Made by a program: the position numbers and the translations under genes. The notes under the pieces were generated by a model, which was not told the DNA's origin, did no database searches, and saw only the letters and a list, made by a program, of their open reading frames with translations. A DNA stretch of 63,954 nt, counting the filler, from Acetivibrio sp. (GTDB lineage: Bacteria > Bacillota > Clostridia > Acetivibrionales > Acetivibrionaceae), in NCBI RefSeq assembly GCF_035371925.1. It is 9 parts of 9 records of this genome, joined end to end, with 100 filler letters (N's around TTAATTAATTAA, not from the genome) between each part and the next. Parts side by side here need not be neighbours in the genome. Positions count along the whole stretch, not along the records: positions 47,437 to 54,829 come from NZ_DAORXT010000122.1; positions 54,930 to 62,077 come from NZ_DAORXT010000123.1; 7 more parts are not named here. One strand, written 5' to 3'. Below, one piece after another: positions 47,535-58,560 of this stretch; the stretch's first letter is position 1; every line of letters starts with the position of its first letter.

Positions 47535-47563
47535 ATTATACTTACGTTGTAGGCATTTGTCAA
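47535..47563 (-). promoter_or_regulatory. Consensus sigma-A promoter of tRNA-Leu
   Basis: TTGACA-17bp-TATAAT on the minus strand. Confidence 0.9.
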
Positions 47564-47615
47564 TAGAAAATTTAAATTTCAAAACTTTTCACAAAAAACA
47601 TATACCTTTCGCAAA

Positions 47616-47777
47616 CTAATAAAAAAGAAGGAACGCTGCTATAGCTAAAACCGTTAGTATAATAAGACCCACAAAAATTTTGGCTATCTTTTTGCCTATC
47701 GAAGATTCTCTCCTGCGATAGCTTTTGATGGAATACGTCATTGGCTGCAAATCATAGTCATTGCTGAGATTGAACAT
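47616..47777 (-). CDS. 53-aa small membrane protein (below the ORF-track cutoff)
   Basis: GGGGGTG RBS; MFNLSNDYDLQPMTYSIKSYRRRESSIGKKIAKIFVGLIILTVLAIAAFLLFY*; basic patch followed by a C-terminal TM helix. Confidence 0.6.
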   Translation of the reverse strand: MFNLSNDYDLQPMTYSIKSYRRRESSIGKKIAKIFVGLIILTVLAIAAFLLFY

Positions 47778-48012
47778 ATTGAGCACCCCCTAATAAAATT
47801 ATACAACCCCTTCTTATCTAAAATCCAGAGGTTAATATTACTAAAACCCGCGCAATTACTCGTTTTGCTCCCCATGCGACATTTTACCAATTCAAAAAAA
47901 ATTATTGATGGAATCTAAATTTATTGATATATTATTGGATAGACAATCAAAAACCAGCTAAAATAAGCATAAAAATAATAATGTTAAATATTAGATTAGA
48001 AAAAGGAAAGCA

Positions 48013-48819
48013 ATGAATACTTTATATTTTATTTTATTTTTAACGATTCTCGCCCTTGTTTATATGCGCTATGAGACTACAACACTAAAAGTCGGCAGAG
48101 TCTGTTTTACCGAAAACAAGAATCCTTTTAAGGTTATACATCTTTCAGACCTGCACATGAAATTCTTAAATGTGGATATAAACAAGGTGGTAAAAGTATT
48201 AGAGACGGAAAAACCGGATCTTGTCGTACTTACGGGGGATTATATAGACAATCCGAAACATATACCGGCATTCATAAATTTTCTCGAAGACATCAGAGGA
48301 GATTATAAAATCTGCCTTTGTTTCGGCAACCACGATTATAAGGCATTAGACAACAATGAGGCTTCAATACAGGAATTTAAAGAGCTAATCGAAAATAAAG
48401 GCGTATCGGTCCTTCTAAACAGCTCCGTCTGTATTGAAAAAAACAGTCGAAAGTACAATATTATTGGAATTGAGGACCTCAGGTCAAAACGGTACGATAT
48501 AAAAAAGGCCCTAGGAAGCTGTAACACAAAGGGCTGCACCAATATAGCAATATCCCACAATCCCGATATCATATTTCAAATACCCGCTGGAAGTGTGGAC
48601 TATCTTCTGTGCGGTCATTTTCACGGTGGCCAGATATGGGCCCCCTTCGACTTCGAATTTAAGCTTCTGCGCCATGAAAAACTCGCTAAAATGGGTATCA
48701 CAAAAGGGTCCCATAGATTTAACAATATTAATTTATATATTAACAGCGGACTTGGGAATGTGTGCGTTCCTCTAAGGTTTTTTTCACCGCCGGAGATATC
48801 GGTATTACATCTGCCATAA
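48013..48819 (+). CDS. Metallophosphoesterase (YkuE-like)
   Basis: HLSDLH, LTGDYID, GNHD, ISHNPD, CGHFHGGQ. Confidence 0.93.
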   Translation: MNTLYFILFLTILALVYMRYETTTLKVGRVCFTENKNPFKVIHLSDLHMKFLNVDINKVVKVLETEKPDLVVLTGDYIDNPKHIPAFINFLEDIRGDYKICLCFGNHDYKALDNNEASIQEFKELIENKGVSVLLNSSVCIEKNSRKYNIIGIEDLRSKRYDIKKALGSCNTKGCTNIAISHNPDIIFQIPAGSVDYLLCGHFHGGQIWAPFDFEFKLLRHEKLAKMGITKGSHRFNNINLYINSGLGNVCVPLRFFSPPEISVLHLP

Positions 48820-48886
48820 AAATAAAAGCTCGGGACATAGCTCCCTTTTGCTTTTGCCTCTTTCATTTCTCTTCAAAAAACTAAAC

Positions 48887-48914
48887 AAGGAGTCGGAAAA
48901 CTTTCCGGCTCCTT
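48887..48914. terminator. Terminator after pgi
   Basis: AAGGAGTCGGAAA/TTTCCGGCTCCTT stem. Confidence 0.8.
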
Positions 48915-48930
48915 ATTTTTATCTACTATA

Positions 48931-50277
48931 TTATAAACGCTCTTCAAGCTTCTTTCTTTGTTCTTCGTAACCCGGTTTTCCAAGGAGAGCAAACATATTT
49001 TTCTTGTAAGCCTCAACTCCCGGTTGATCAAAAGGATTTACACCGAGGAGGTATCCGCTGATACCGCATGCCTTTTCGAAGAAGTATACCATATTTCCGA
49101 AATAATAAGCACTAAGCTCGGGCACAGTTACTATAAGATTCGGAACTCCACCGTCGGTATGGGCAAGTACTGTTCCTTCCATTGCTTTCTTGTTTACATA
49201 GTCCACATCTTTTCCGGAAATAAAGTTCAATCCGTCAAGATTATCCTTGTCCTCTTTTATAATGATATTCTTTCTGGGCTTTTCAACCCTGATTACAGTC
49301 TCAAATATGTTCCTCAAGCCGTCTTGTATATATTGTCCCATGGAGTGAAGGTCTGTAGTGAAGTCAACTCCAGCCGGGAATATTCCTTTTTGATCCTTTC
49401 CTTCACTTTCTCCATAAAGTTGTTTCCACCACTCTGTGAAATAGTGAAGTGAAGGCTCGTAGTTTACCATTATCTCAATGGTCTTGTTTTTCCTGTAGAG
49501 AGCGTTCCTTACAGCAGCATACTTGTAGCAGTCGTTTTCCATTAAATTTGGATTGCTGTAAAGCTCACGGGCGTCAGCCGCACCCTTCATCATGCTGTCG
49601 ATATCGGCTCCGGATACTGCAATAGGAAGCAAGCCCACTGCTGTCAAAACAGAGAATCTTCCTCCAATGTCATCGGGAACTACGAAAGTTTCGTATCCTT
49701 CTTCCGTTGCCAGCTTCTTAAGAGCTCCCTTTGCCTTGTCGGTAGTTGCATATATTCTGCTTCTTGCTCCATCTTTTCCGTATTTGTTTTCCATGTACTC
49801 TTTAAAGATTCTGAATGCAATGGCAGGCTCTGTTGTAGTACCGGATTTTGATATAACGTTTACCGAAATGTCCTTGCCTTCAATTACTTCCAACAACTCG
49901 GCAATATATGTAGAGCTGATATTGTTTCCTACAAAATATATTTCAGGAGCATTTCTCTTTGACTTTGGCATAAGATTGTGGAATGAGTGAGAAAGCACGT
50001 CTATTGCTGCCTTTGCTCCCAAATAAGAACCACCTATTCCAATTACAATCAAAGCATCGGAATCGGACTTTATCTTTTCTGCTGCAGCCTTGATTCTGGC
50101 AAACTCTTCCTTGTCATAATTTACAGGAAGATCCACCCAGCCTACAAAGTCATTTCCTGCCCCGGTCTTGTTATGGAGCATTTCATGGGCAGATTTTACA
50201 AAGCTTTCATAATATGCAACTTCATGTTCACTTACAAAAGAAGCTGCTTTTGAATAGTCGAATTTTATTCTTTCCAT
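48931..50277 (-). CDS. pgi: Glucose-6-phosphate isomerase
   Basis: [54 protein letters not shown] 50277 behind GGAGG. Confidence 0.98.
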   Translation of the reverse strand: MERIKFDYSKAASFVSEHEVAYYESFVKSAHEMLHNKTGAGNDFVGWVDLPVNYDKEEFARIKAAAEKIKSDSDALIVIGIGGSYLGAKAAIDVLSHSFHNLMPKSKRNAPEIYFVGNNISSTYIAELLEVIEGKDISVNVISKSGTTTEPAIAFRIFKEYMENKYGKDGARSRIYATTDKAKGALKKLATEEGYETFVVPDDIGGRFSVLTAVGLLPIAVSGADIDSMMKGAADARELYSNPNLMENDCYKYAAVRNALYRKNKTIEIMVNYEPSLHYFTEWWKQLYGESEGKDQKGIFPAGVDFTTDLHSMGQYIQDGLRNIFETVIRVEKPRKNIIIKEDKDNLDGLNFISGKDVDYVNKKAMEGTVLAHTDGGVPNLIVTVPELSAYYFGNMVYFFEKACGISGYLLGVNPFDQPGVEAYKKNMFALLGKPGYEEQRKKLEERL

Positions 50278-50630
50278 CGTTAAACCTCCAGCATATAAAT
50301 TTTTATTAATCAAACATAAGTCTGATAAGCTTTTCAACAACTTTGTTTTTATATTAACAAATGATTAATCCCAACGCAATAGAGTATTCTAATTTTGTGC
50401 TCAAATGATATCATATACTAAACCATATAATTTATACCTTATGGCGTTTTGCTGTATCTTATAAATTACGCTTTTTAAAGCTTAAAAACTCATTTGAAAA
50501 TGATAATCCAATCCGCGTAAAATATGGTCCGTCTTCATGCCAATGCGAAATCGAGGTTAAAATTCCTGTGTTAATCCTTTTTAAAACGAACAAACTAAAT
50601 ACATACAAAACAGACAAGGTGGTGAATAGC

Positions 50631-50855
50631 ATGGCAAGAAGAAATTCTTCTTTGGACCCACAAGCAAGAGAGGCTTTAACCCGCTTTAAAATGGAATGCG
50701 CCAAAGAAGTTGGGCTTTTGCAATACGTTAAAGAAAACAACGACCATTACAAAGGCGATGTACCTTGCAGAGTAAATGGATTGCAAGGCGGACCTATTGG
50801 CGGACAAATGGTTAAAAGAATGATTCAAATGGCAGAAAGTCAGTTGTTAAAATAG
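50631..50855 (+). CDS. Alpha/beta-type small acid-soluble spore protein
   Basis: PQAREALTRFKMECAKEVG...NG..GG..GGQMVKRMIQMAE. Confidence 0.92.
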   Translation: MARRNSSLDPQAREALTRFKMECAKEVGLLQYVKENNDHYKGDVPCRVNGLQGGPIGGQMVKRMIQMAESQLLK

Positions 50856-50872
50856 ATTCCAGAATATTAACG

Positions 50873-50913
50873 ATAGCCGGAGAAAAGGAAATCCATAATC
50901 CTTCTCCGGCTAT
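50873..50913. terminator. Bidirectional hairpin between SASP and pheT
   Basis: ATAGCCGGAGAA/TTCTCCGGCTAT. Confidence 0.8.
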
Positions 50914-50927
50914 ATTAATATGCCCGG

Positions 50928-53315
50928 TTACCTGAGCTCTGCACCAAGGTTTCTCTTCAGTCCGTCAAGTATTTTTGTCATGGCCTTGCCCACCTCTTCA
51001 TCGGTCAAAGTCCTGTCGGACGCTCTGAAAGTTATGGAATAGGCCACACTCTTCATTCCTTCCGGTACCTGTTTTCCTTTGTATACATCAAAGAGTTTTA
51101 CACTCTCAAGTATTTTGCCCGCTCTTTGCTTTATAATATCTTCTATCTCTTTTACCAATACCTCGTCCTTTACAAGCATTGCAATATCCCTTGTAACAGC
51201 GGGGTACTTCGGAAGCCCCTTATACTCACAATCCATTGAAGCTTTATTGACCAGTGTTTCAATCTCGATAACACCAATGTAAGTCCTCTCCGGACATTCG
51301 AATTTTTCGGCAACTTCGGGATGTATTTCCCCTATGATACCTGCATACTCACCGTCAATGTTTATTACAGCAGTTCTTCCCGGATGGAACACAACATTGT
51401 TTTTCTCCGGTAAAATTTCATAATTCTCTATTCCAAGTCTTTCAAAAAGCTCTTCCGCAACGCCCTTCATATCATAGAAGTCAAGCTCTCCGTACATTCC
51501 CAGGGTGAGAACCGCCTTTTCCTGTGGCAGCTCATTTATAGGAAGACTTTGAGGAATATAAACCCTCGACATTTCAAAGAGCCTCGCCTCTTCTATTCTC
51601 CTGTTGTAGTTTGTGCTGATTACCCCAAGCATATCCGGAATAGTAGTGGTTCTCATTATGCTGTAATCCTCACCCAACGGGTTGGAAATAACAATAGCCT
51701 TGCGAAGCTCGCTGTCCGCGGGGAGGTTCAATTTGTCAAACACCTTCGGACTGGTGAATGAGAAGGTATACGCCTCGGACAGTCCGCATGCAATCATTGT
51801 TTCCTTTATAAGGTCTTCAATAATCTGCTTGTAAGTTTTTCTTCCCAGTGTGGCAGCCTTGCCGGACAGAAGCGTAGCTTCTATGTTGTTGTAGCCGTAG
51901 AATCTTGCAATTTCCTCTGCAATATCCGCTTCTCTCTCCACATCATCTCTAAAGCTGGGAACCTTTACTGTCATATTATTCTCATCCACTTCAAATTCCA
52001 GTGCTTTCAAAATGCCAGCCATTTCTTCCTTCGGGATATTGGTACCGAGGAAGCTGTTTATTTTATCAACCCTGAGATTTATAGTCCTTTGCTCTTTCTT
52101 CTTCGGATAGCAATCAATCATACCCTTGCACACCGTACCTATTCCCAACTCTTCAACAAGCTGTACAGCCCTGTTGATGGCAGCCTCAACATTTTCAGGG
52201 TCAAGCCCCTTTTCAAATCTTCCGGATGCCTCGGTCCTCATTCCCAGCTTCTTTGCGGTAAGTCTCACCGATGTGCCGTTGAAGTTTGCAGCCTCAAATA
52301 CTATAGTTTTGGTATCGTCCTTGATTTCCGAATTGGCACCGCCCATGACACCGGCAACTCCGACAGCTCTTTCTTCATCGGCTATCACAAGCATTGATGG
52401 GTCTATCTCTCTGTCCTGGTCATCCAAGGTCCTGATTGTCTCGCCGTCAAAAGCTCTTCTTACAATAATCTTGTTTCCCTTTATATCATTGATGTCATAA
52501 GCATGCATTGGTTGGCCGTACTCTAACATTACATAGTTTGTTATGTCAACAATATTATTAATCGGTCTTACCCCTGCCGCCTTAAGCCTATCCCTCATCC
52601 ATTTGGGTGAAGGTCCGATTTTAACATCCTTTACAACTCTTGCCGCAAACCTTGGACAAAGCTCCGTATCTTTCACTTCAACAGAGATATATTGAGCAAC
52701 ATCGTCCCCCTCTTCCTTTAGGTTTATACCAGGTTTCTTAAACTCTGTCTTTAGGGTGACGGCCGCTTCTCTTGCAAGACCGATGATGCTCAAGCAGTCC
52801 TGTCTGTTGGAGGTAATTTCAAACTCCACAATCTCCTGATTTAGTCCTAATACTTCCTTTATGTCCTTGCCCAGTTCCTCTTCTTTAGGCAGGATATAAA
52901 TACCGTCTTCCGGCGCATCGGGACAATCATCCCTGGTAAGGCCCAGTTCCTCAATTGAGCACATCATACCGTAGGATTCTATGCCTCTTAGCTTTCCTTT
53001 TGATATTTTCTTGTCCCCCGGCAGAGTAGAACCCACAAGAGCTACAGGTATGTAATCTCCAACACTGATGTTCTGGGCTCCGGTAACTATCTGTATTACC
53101 TCGCTGCCGACATCTACCTTTGTTACCTGGAGCTTATCGGCATCGGGATGCTTTTCAACAGAAAGTATCTTTCCCACTACAACTTTGGTGATCTCCTCAC
53201 CTTGAACCTCTATTCCTTCAACCTTGGAACCTGACATTGTCATCGCATCTGCAAATTCCTTGGCACTTACATTTATATCAACATAATCTCTCAGCCAATC
53301 TATCGGTGCTTTCAT
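50928..53315 (-). CDS. pheT: Phenylalanine-tRNA ligase beta subunit
   Basis: HPDADKL, LRGIESYGMMCS, ITSNRQDCLS, RPINNIVDITNYV, RFEKG, FDVYKG..KSVAYSITFR. Confidence 0.98.
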   Translation of the reverse strand: MKAPIDWLRDYVDINVSAKEFADAMTMSGSKVEGIEVQGEEITKVVVGKILSVEKHPDADKLQVTKVDVGSEVIQIVTGAQNISVGDYIPVALVGSTLPGDKKISKGKLRGIESYGMMCSIEELGLTRDDCPDAPEDGIYILPKEEELGKDIKEVLGLNQEIVEFEITSNRQDCLSIIGLAREAAVTLKTEFKKPGINLKEEGDDVAQYISVEVKDTELCPRFAARVVKDVKIGPSPKWMRDRLKAAGVRPINNIVDITNYVMLEYGQPMHAYDINDIKGNKIIVRRAFDGETIRTLDDQDREIDPSMLVIADEERAVGVAGVMGGANSEIKDDTKTIVFEAANFNGTSVRLTAKKLGMRTEASGRFEKGLDPENVEAAINRAVQLVEELGIGTVCKGMIDCYPKKKEQRTINLRVDKINSFLGTNIPKEEMAGILKALEFEVDENNMTVKVPSFRDDVEREADIAEEIARFYGYNNIEATLLSGKAATLGRKTYKQIIEDLIKETMIACGLSEAYTFSFTSPKVFDKLNLPADSELRKAIVISNPLGEDYSIMRTTTIPDMLGVISTNYNRRIEEARLFEMSRVYIPQSLPINELPQEKAVLTLGMYGELDFYDMKGVAEELFERLGIENYEILPEKNNVVFHPGRTAVINIDGEYAGIIGEIHPEVAEKFECPERTYIGVIEIETLVNKASMDCEYKGLPKYPAVTRDIAMLVKDEVLVKEIEDIIKQRAGKILESVKLFDVYKGKQVPEGMKSVAYSITFRASDRTLTDEEVGKAMTKILDGLKRNLGAELR

Positions 53316-53349
53316 ACTATTACTCCTTTCGCAAATTTTATATCAAATA

Positions 53350-54369
53350 TTAAAACTGTTTTAAGAATCTGATATCGTTTTCATACAAAAGCCTCATGTC
53401 ATCAATATTGAATCTTCCCATAGCCGTTCTTTCCACTCCAAGTCCGAAAGCAAATCCGCTATATACTTCCGGGTCTATGCCGCATACTTCCAAAACTTTC
53501 GGATGAACCATTCCTGCTCCCAAAATTTCTATCCAGCCTTCATTTTTACAAACCCTGCAGCCTGTTCCACCGCAAGCCCAGCATGAAACATCAACTTCGG
53601 CACTGGGTTCCGTAAATGGGAAATGGTGAGGTCTTAGCCTTATTTCCGTCTTTTCTCCAAACAAGCTTTTTGCAAACAATCTCAATGTGCCAACAAGGTC
53701 TCCCATTGTAACTCCCTTGTCCACAACCAGTCCTTCTACTTGATGGAATATAGGTGAATGGGTGGCATCCACAGCATCGGAACGATAAACCCTTCCGGGG
53801 CAAATTATTTTAATCGGCGGTTTTTTATTCTCCATAACTCTGATCTGAACAGGAGATGTCTGGGTCCTGAGCAATATATTGTTGTTTATGTAGAATGTAT
53901 CCTGAACATCTCTTGCCGGATGATTTTTAGGTATGTTTAGAGCTTCAAAGTTGTAATAATCCAGCTCAACTTCCGGGCCCTCGGCTATCTCATAGCCCAT
54001 TCCTATAAACACATCTTTAATCTCGTCTATTACAATGCTCAAAGGATGCTTCTTTCCGAGCATCTTTCTTTTACCCGGCATGGTTATGTCAATAACTTCT
54101 TTCTCAAGCTTTTGGCTTCTTTCCTTCTTTATAAGCTCACTCTTTGCTTCCTCAAGGCGTCCCTCAATATAAGCCCTTACCTCATTTGCCAACTGTCCTA
54201 TTACCGGCCTTTCCTCCGGTGAAAGTGAACCCATTCCCCTCAATACGGCGGTGAGTTCTCCCTTTTTTCCCAAGTATTTTACTCTGATGTTTTCCAGCTC
54301 CGTAATACTTCCAACATTAGAAAGCTCCTGTTCGGCCTGCATTCTAATACTGCTCAACTGCTCCTTCAT
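53350..54369 (-). CDS. pheS: Phenylalanine-tRNA ligase alpha subunit
   Basis: [53 protein letters not shown]. Confidence 0.98.
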   Translation of the reverse strand: MKEQLSSIRMQAEQELSNVGSITELENIRVKYLGKKGELTAVLRGMGSLSPEERPVIGQLANEVRAYIEGRLEEAKSELIKKERSQKLEKEVIDITMPGKRKMLGKKHPLSIVIDEIKDVFIGMGYEIAEGPEVELDYYNFEALNIPKNHPARDVQDTFYINNNILLRTQTSPVQIRVMENKKPPIKIICPGRVYRSDAVDATHSPIFHQVEGLVVDKGVTMGDLVGTLRLFAKSLFGEKTEIRLRPHHFPFTEPSAEVDVSCWACGGTGCRVCKNEGWIEILGAGMVHPKVLEVCGIDPEVYSGFAFGLGVERTAMGRFNIDDMRLLYENDIRFLKQF

Positions 54370-54427
54370 GCTTTGTATTCCTCCTTATATATAATTCATT
54401 TAAAGTATTTGGCTGTCTTTAGATTAA

Positions 54428-54710
54428 TAAAAAAACCTTCATCCCAACACAAAGGGACGAAGGTTTGCTTCGCGGTACCACCCAAATTCCTGTATATCTC
54501 TTTGGATATACAAGCACTCTTTTGCAGATAACGGCTGCAACCCGGCACTTCCTACTTACCGACCCTTCTTACAACTCCATTATTTCGCCGGTGTTCTGAA
54601 TGCAGCTCCTGAGGGAACTTCAACGGCTTGAACCGATAAAGATACTCTCAGCCTCCGGTATCTTCTCTCTTATATCTTTCATGACCGTCTACTCTCTCAA
54701 TCATCGCTTA
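54428..54710 (-). ncRNA. T-box riboswitch (Phe specifier) of pheST
   Basis: Minus strand: AGTA motif, specifier GAAG-TTC-CC (54615-54617), T-box GGGTGGTACCGCG (54471-54483), terminator AAACCTTCGTCCC..GGGATGAAGGTTTTTTT. Confidence 0.93.
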
Positions 54711-54725
54711 AATATAATTTTATAA

Positions 54726-54754
54726 ATTATAGCATAAATTTTACATATATTCAA
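54726..54754 (-). promoter_or_regulatory. Sigma-A promoter of the T-box-pheST operon
   Basis: TTGAAT-17bp-TATAAT on the minus strand. Confidence 0.8.
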
Positions 54755-54829
54755 TGCACATTTTAATTCTAAGTCAAAATTTAAATTGCAAGTTTAATTG
54801 CCTTACAAAATCTTACAGAACCCTGTTTT

Positions 54830-54929
54830 NNNNNNNNNNNNNNNNNNNNNNNNNNNNNNNNNNNNNNNNNNNNTTAATTAATTAANNNNNNNNNNNNNNN
54901 NNNNNNNNNNNNNNNNNNNNNNNNNNNNN
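54830..54929. other. Artificial contig linker
   Basis: N run + TTAATTAATTAA + N run. Confidence 0.98.
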
Positions 54930-54931
54930 AT

Positions 54932-55007
54932 CGGGGTGTAGCGCAGCTGGTAGCGCACGTGGTTTGGGACCATGGGGCCGGGGGTTCAAGTCCTCTCACC
55001 CCGACCA
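54932..55007 (+). tRNA. tRNA-Pro(TGG)
   Basis: CGGGGTGTAGCGCAGCTGGTAGCGCA CGTGG-TT-TGG-GA-CCATG ..GGTTCAAGTCC..CACCCCGACCA. Confidence 0.97.
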
Positions 55008-55130
55008 TAAAATTAATAAAAAGGGCTATACAGACTGAGAACTGTATGCTTTTTTGTTTTTGAATTTTATTGACTTTTTACTTTTTTGTGATATAATATT
55101 TTTGCATAAGATATAAAAAATAGAAAATAT

Positions 55131-55206
55131 GGGCGCTTAGCTCAGCTGGGAGAGCATCTGCCTTACAAGCAGGGGGTCATAGGTTCGAGCCCTATAGTGC
55201 CCACCA
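55131..55206 (+). tRNA. tRNA-Val(TAC)
   Basis: GGGCGCTTAGCTCAGCTGGGAGAGCA TCTGC-CT-TAC-AA-GCAGG ..GGTTCGAGCC..GTGCCCACCA; TTGACT..TGaTATAAT promoter at 55070-55097. Confidence 0.97.
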
Positions 55207-55260
55207 CGAGAGAAACTCTATAATCCTTTCCGGGTTATGGAGTTTTTTGTTTTTTTTTTA

Positions 55261-55690
55261 AAGTAAAAAAAACGAACAAAATAGCAAAAATGTCATGTAT
55301 AAATATTTTAAAAATTATTATAAAATAGAATTATAGCAGTGTTGGGAAGTATTGGTCGAATATGGTTGATAATTGTTTGATTTGATATGTTTTGAGGGGA
55401 ATAAAAAAGAAGTATCAAGCGGCAAATTAAAGATTTGATTATCAAAGCAATATAGTTTTACTGGAGCTTTTTGTGCAAATCATAAAGCATTTCTACGCAG
55501 TAGATCAAAGCATATAACTATTTTCCACTCTTCTTCCAAAGATATTTTTATATAAGCACATTTATTGTATTTTGCTATAGTCCTAGAAGCATTGATACTT
55601 TTTTAATATGCATAACTATGCATAACTGAAAACTTTTTTCTTTAAATAATTTTTTGGGAGGGTGTTTTATGCTAAAAAAAACTTTCAGCC
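55261..55690 (+). repeat. Long non-coding upstream region, copy 1 (copy 2 at 58138-58560)
   Basis: Collinear blocks such as TATGTTTTGAGGGGAATAA.AAAGAAGTATCA, CAAATTAAAG.TTTGATTATCAAA and TATAACTATTTTCCA in both copies. Confidence 0.85.
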
Positions 55691-58069
55691 AGAATGTCGT
55701 TTTTGCTGGTGTTGTCAATGCTTATCAGCATACTTGCGATAACATCAGCCAATGTTTCGGTTCAAGTAGCACCAAGCTTTGAACTGGTCGGATTTGCAAC
55801 ATTAAACGGCGGTACCACAGGGGGTACAGGCGGCAAAGAAGTCACAGCCACCAGTATATCGCAGGTTAATGAACTGTTGAGCCAGAGGAAAAAGAATAAG
55901 GATACATCACCTCTTATAATAAAGTTTGACAGAAAAATCACTTTCCATCATAATATTTATTTTAATGTTAAATCACGTACGCCAAGTTACAGAGGCAGCA
56001 CAGGACATATGTTCAACAACTATTATGTAGAAGTTTCGGGCAGCGGCATAAACTCAAGAGTGGGTGCAAAATTAAGAATCGAAGGAAACGTTTTTGAAAA
56101 CGTAGGATGTGGTGCGGTAGACAGTAAAACAGGCTTGGCAGAAGGTCCGATTGGTTCGTATTATAGCAGTCAAATCGGATATTGGGATGTAAAAGACAAT
56201 ATATTTATTAATTGTAAGGGAAATCAGCCCACTACTTCAACATGCAGCTTTACTCCTCCTTATAAGTATGACCATGTATTGCAGCCTGCAAGCCAGGTAA
56301 AAGAAACAGTGTTAAAGTATGCCGGTGTCGATGGAAAAGGTGTTCCGACACCATCAACATCACCGGTAGTACCAACAAGTACACCGACAAATACACCAAA
56401 AATCACACCGTTGTCGGTGCCGACAACACCTAAAAGTAGCGAGAATCCAAAAGTGGTATATGGTGATTTGAATGGAGACGGAAATATCAACTCAACTGAC
56501 TTGACTTTAATGAGAAGGTATCTTATTAAATCTGTTGACCTTAATGAAAACCAGCTTAAAGCTGCAGATGTGAATCTTGACGGTAAAGTAAATTCAACGG
56601 ATAGAAGTGTGCTAAACAGATATCTGTTAAAGACGATTGACCGTTTGCCTTTCACTGGAGTTGAACCGACGCCGACATCTACGTCTACCAGTACATATCC
56701 AACCTCAACACCAACGTCTACCGGCATACAGACTCCAGAGCCTATAGTACACGAGGCGGAAGCCAGCAGCAACAACTTAAAAAGTGCAAAGGTAGAATCC
56801 AATTATGTTGTATTTGATGAAACAAAAGATGCCTACATCGAAATGAAAAAAGTCGGCTCTCCCGCAAGCGGTGAAGTTACAATTACTTTTGTGTATTCAA
56901 ACGGTTCGGGAAAAAGCTTGCCGATGGAAATCAAAGTAAATGGTGATACCATTGAAAGTAATAAAGAGTTCCCAAGCACAGGTTCATGGAATACATGGTC
57001 TACATTAAGCTTGAAAGCAAATATGAACAGCGGTTCGGATAATATTATAAGAATTAAAACACGTTCAAATGACGGAGGTCCGAGAATTGATAAGGTACTT
57101 GTAAGCGGTGGTTCCGGATACATACCGACTCCAACGTCTACTTCAACAATCACAAATAAGCCTACAAGTACACCGACACCAACAGCCACGAGCACTCCTG
57201 TGGAAGGCGACATTATTCTTTCACCTAACGGTTTTATGACGCTACCGGAAGCCATTGAACTGATACAGCCGGGAAAGACAATTTATTTAAAAGCAGGAAC
57301 ATATAAATATTCAAAAACCATAGTTATAAAAGAAGGAAATGACGGTTTGCCCAATGCTATGAAGAAATTGGCTGCTTATGGGGACGGAGAAGTGGTTATT
57401 GATTTTTCAGCCATGGCAGAGAATTCTTCCAATAGGGGTATTGTTCTTGATGCTAAATACTGGCATGTTAAGGGAATAACCGTAAAAGGAGCAGGAGACA
57501 ATGGAATGCTGCTTTCAGAGCACTACAATATTATTGAGAAATGTACATTTAAGGAGAACCATGACTCCGGACTCCAGCTGTCAAGATATAATACTTCCTA
57601 CAATACAAAGGATAAATGGCTCAGCAATAATCTTATATTAGACTGTCTTTCAACCATGAACATGGATTCCCGCCGCGAGGATGCGGACGGTTTTGCAGCA
57701 AAGCTTACTTGTGGAGAAGGGAATATATTTAGAAATTGTATAGCAATTAACAACTGTGATGACGGATGGGATTTGTATACTAAAAAAGATACGGGAACTA
57801 TAGGGGTTGTAACTTTGGAAAACTGCCAGGCTATAGGAAACGGTTATGATGTGAATGGAAAAGACACAGGCGGAGACGGTAACGGATACAAGCTTGGAGA
57901 TGACACTGCCTCAGTTCCCCATATTCTTAGAAACTGTGTTGCCAACAACAATAAGAAACATGGATTTACCGGCAATGGCAACCCAGGAAAGATTGTGTTG
58001 GAAAACTGCACTGGTTCTGGTAATGGCGAAAAACTGTTTGACAGACTTACTAATGCAATATTTAAATAA
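55669..58069 (+). CDS. Cellulosomal pectate lyase: PL1 (internally deleted)-type I dockerin-CBM35-PL9; +1 frameshift in an A8 run just after the start
   Basis: GFATLNGGTTGG joined to ITFHHN..SRTP..FNNYY..IEGNVFEN (PL1 ends); GDLNGDGNINSTD dockerin; HEAE..YIEM..GSWNTW..GPRID (CBM35-like); DADGFAAK, DDGWDL, GDGNGYKLG (PL9). Confidence 0.85.
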
Positions 58070-58089
58070 GAAATTGAAGCTTGATACTG

Positions 58090-58130
58090 AAAAAGAGGTG
58101 TCTTAAACTGTCGAGGCATCTCTTTTTTAT
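58090..58130 (+). terminator. Rho-independent terminator (paralogous copy at 59526-59562)
   Basis: AAAAAGAGGTGTCTT..AGGCATCTCTTTTTT. Confidence 0.85.
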
Positions 58131-58137
58131 TTACAAA

Positions 58138-58560
58138 AAGTAAAAAAACGACAAAATAGTAAAAATATCATATATGAATATTTTCAAATTTTTTATAAAA
58201 TGATATTATAACAGTAATGGGAAACCTTAGACGAATATGATTGATAACTGTTTCGTCTGGTATGTTTTGAGGGGAATAAGAAAGAAGTATCAGCCGACAA
58301 ATTAAAGGTTTGATTATCAAAACAAGACAGTTTTACCGGAACTTTTTTTACAAATCATGAAGCATTTCCACGCAGCAGTTCAAAGTATATAACTATTTTC
58401 CATTCCTCTTTCTAAGATATTTTTGTAAAAGCACATTTATAGTGCTTTGCTATAGTTTTTGAGTAGATGATGCTTTTTATATGCATCTCTATACATAACT
58501 TTAAATTTTTTAAATTAATTTTTAAGGAGGGAATTTTTATGCAAAAAAAACTTTTAGCCA
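58138..58560 (+). repeat. Long non-coding upstream region, copy 2
   Basis: Collinear with 55261-55690. Confidence 0.85.

Noticed and set aside
55390..55399. CCCCTCAAAA on the minus strand (also 58265-58274), resembling a sigma-I3 -35 element
   Set aside because: The orientation is wrong for the pectinase genes and there is no correctly spaced CGWA -10.
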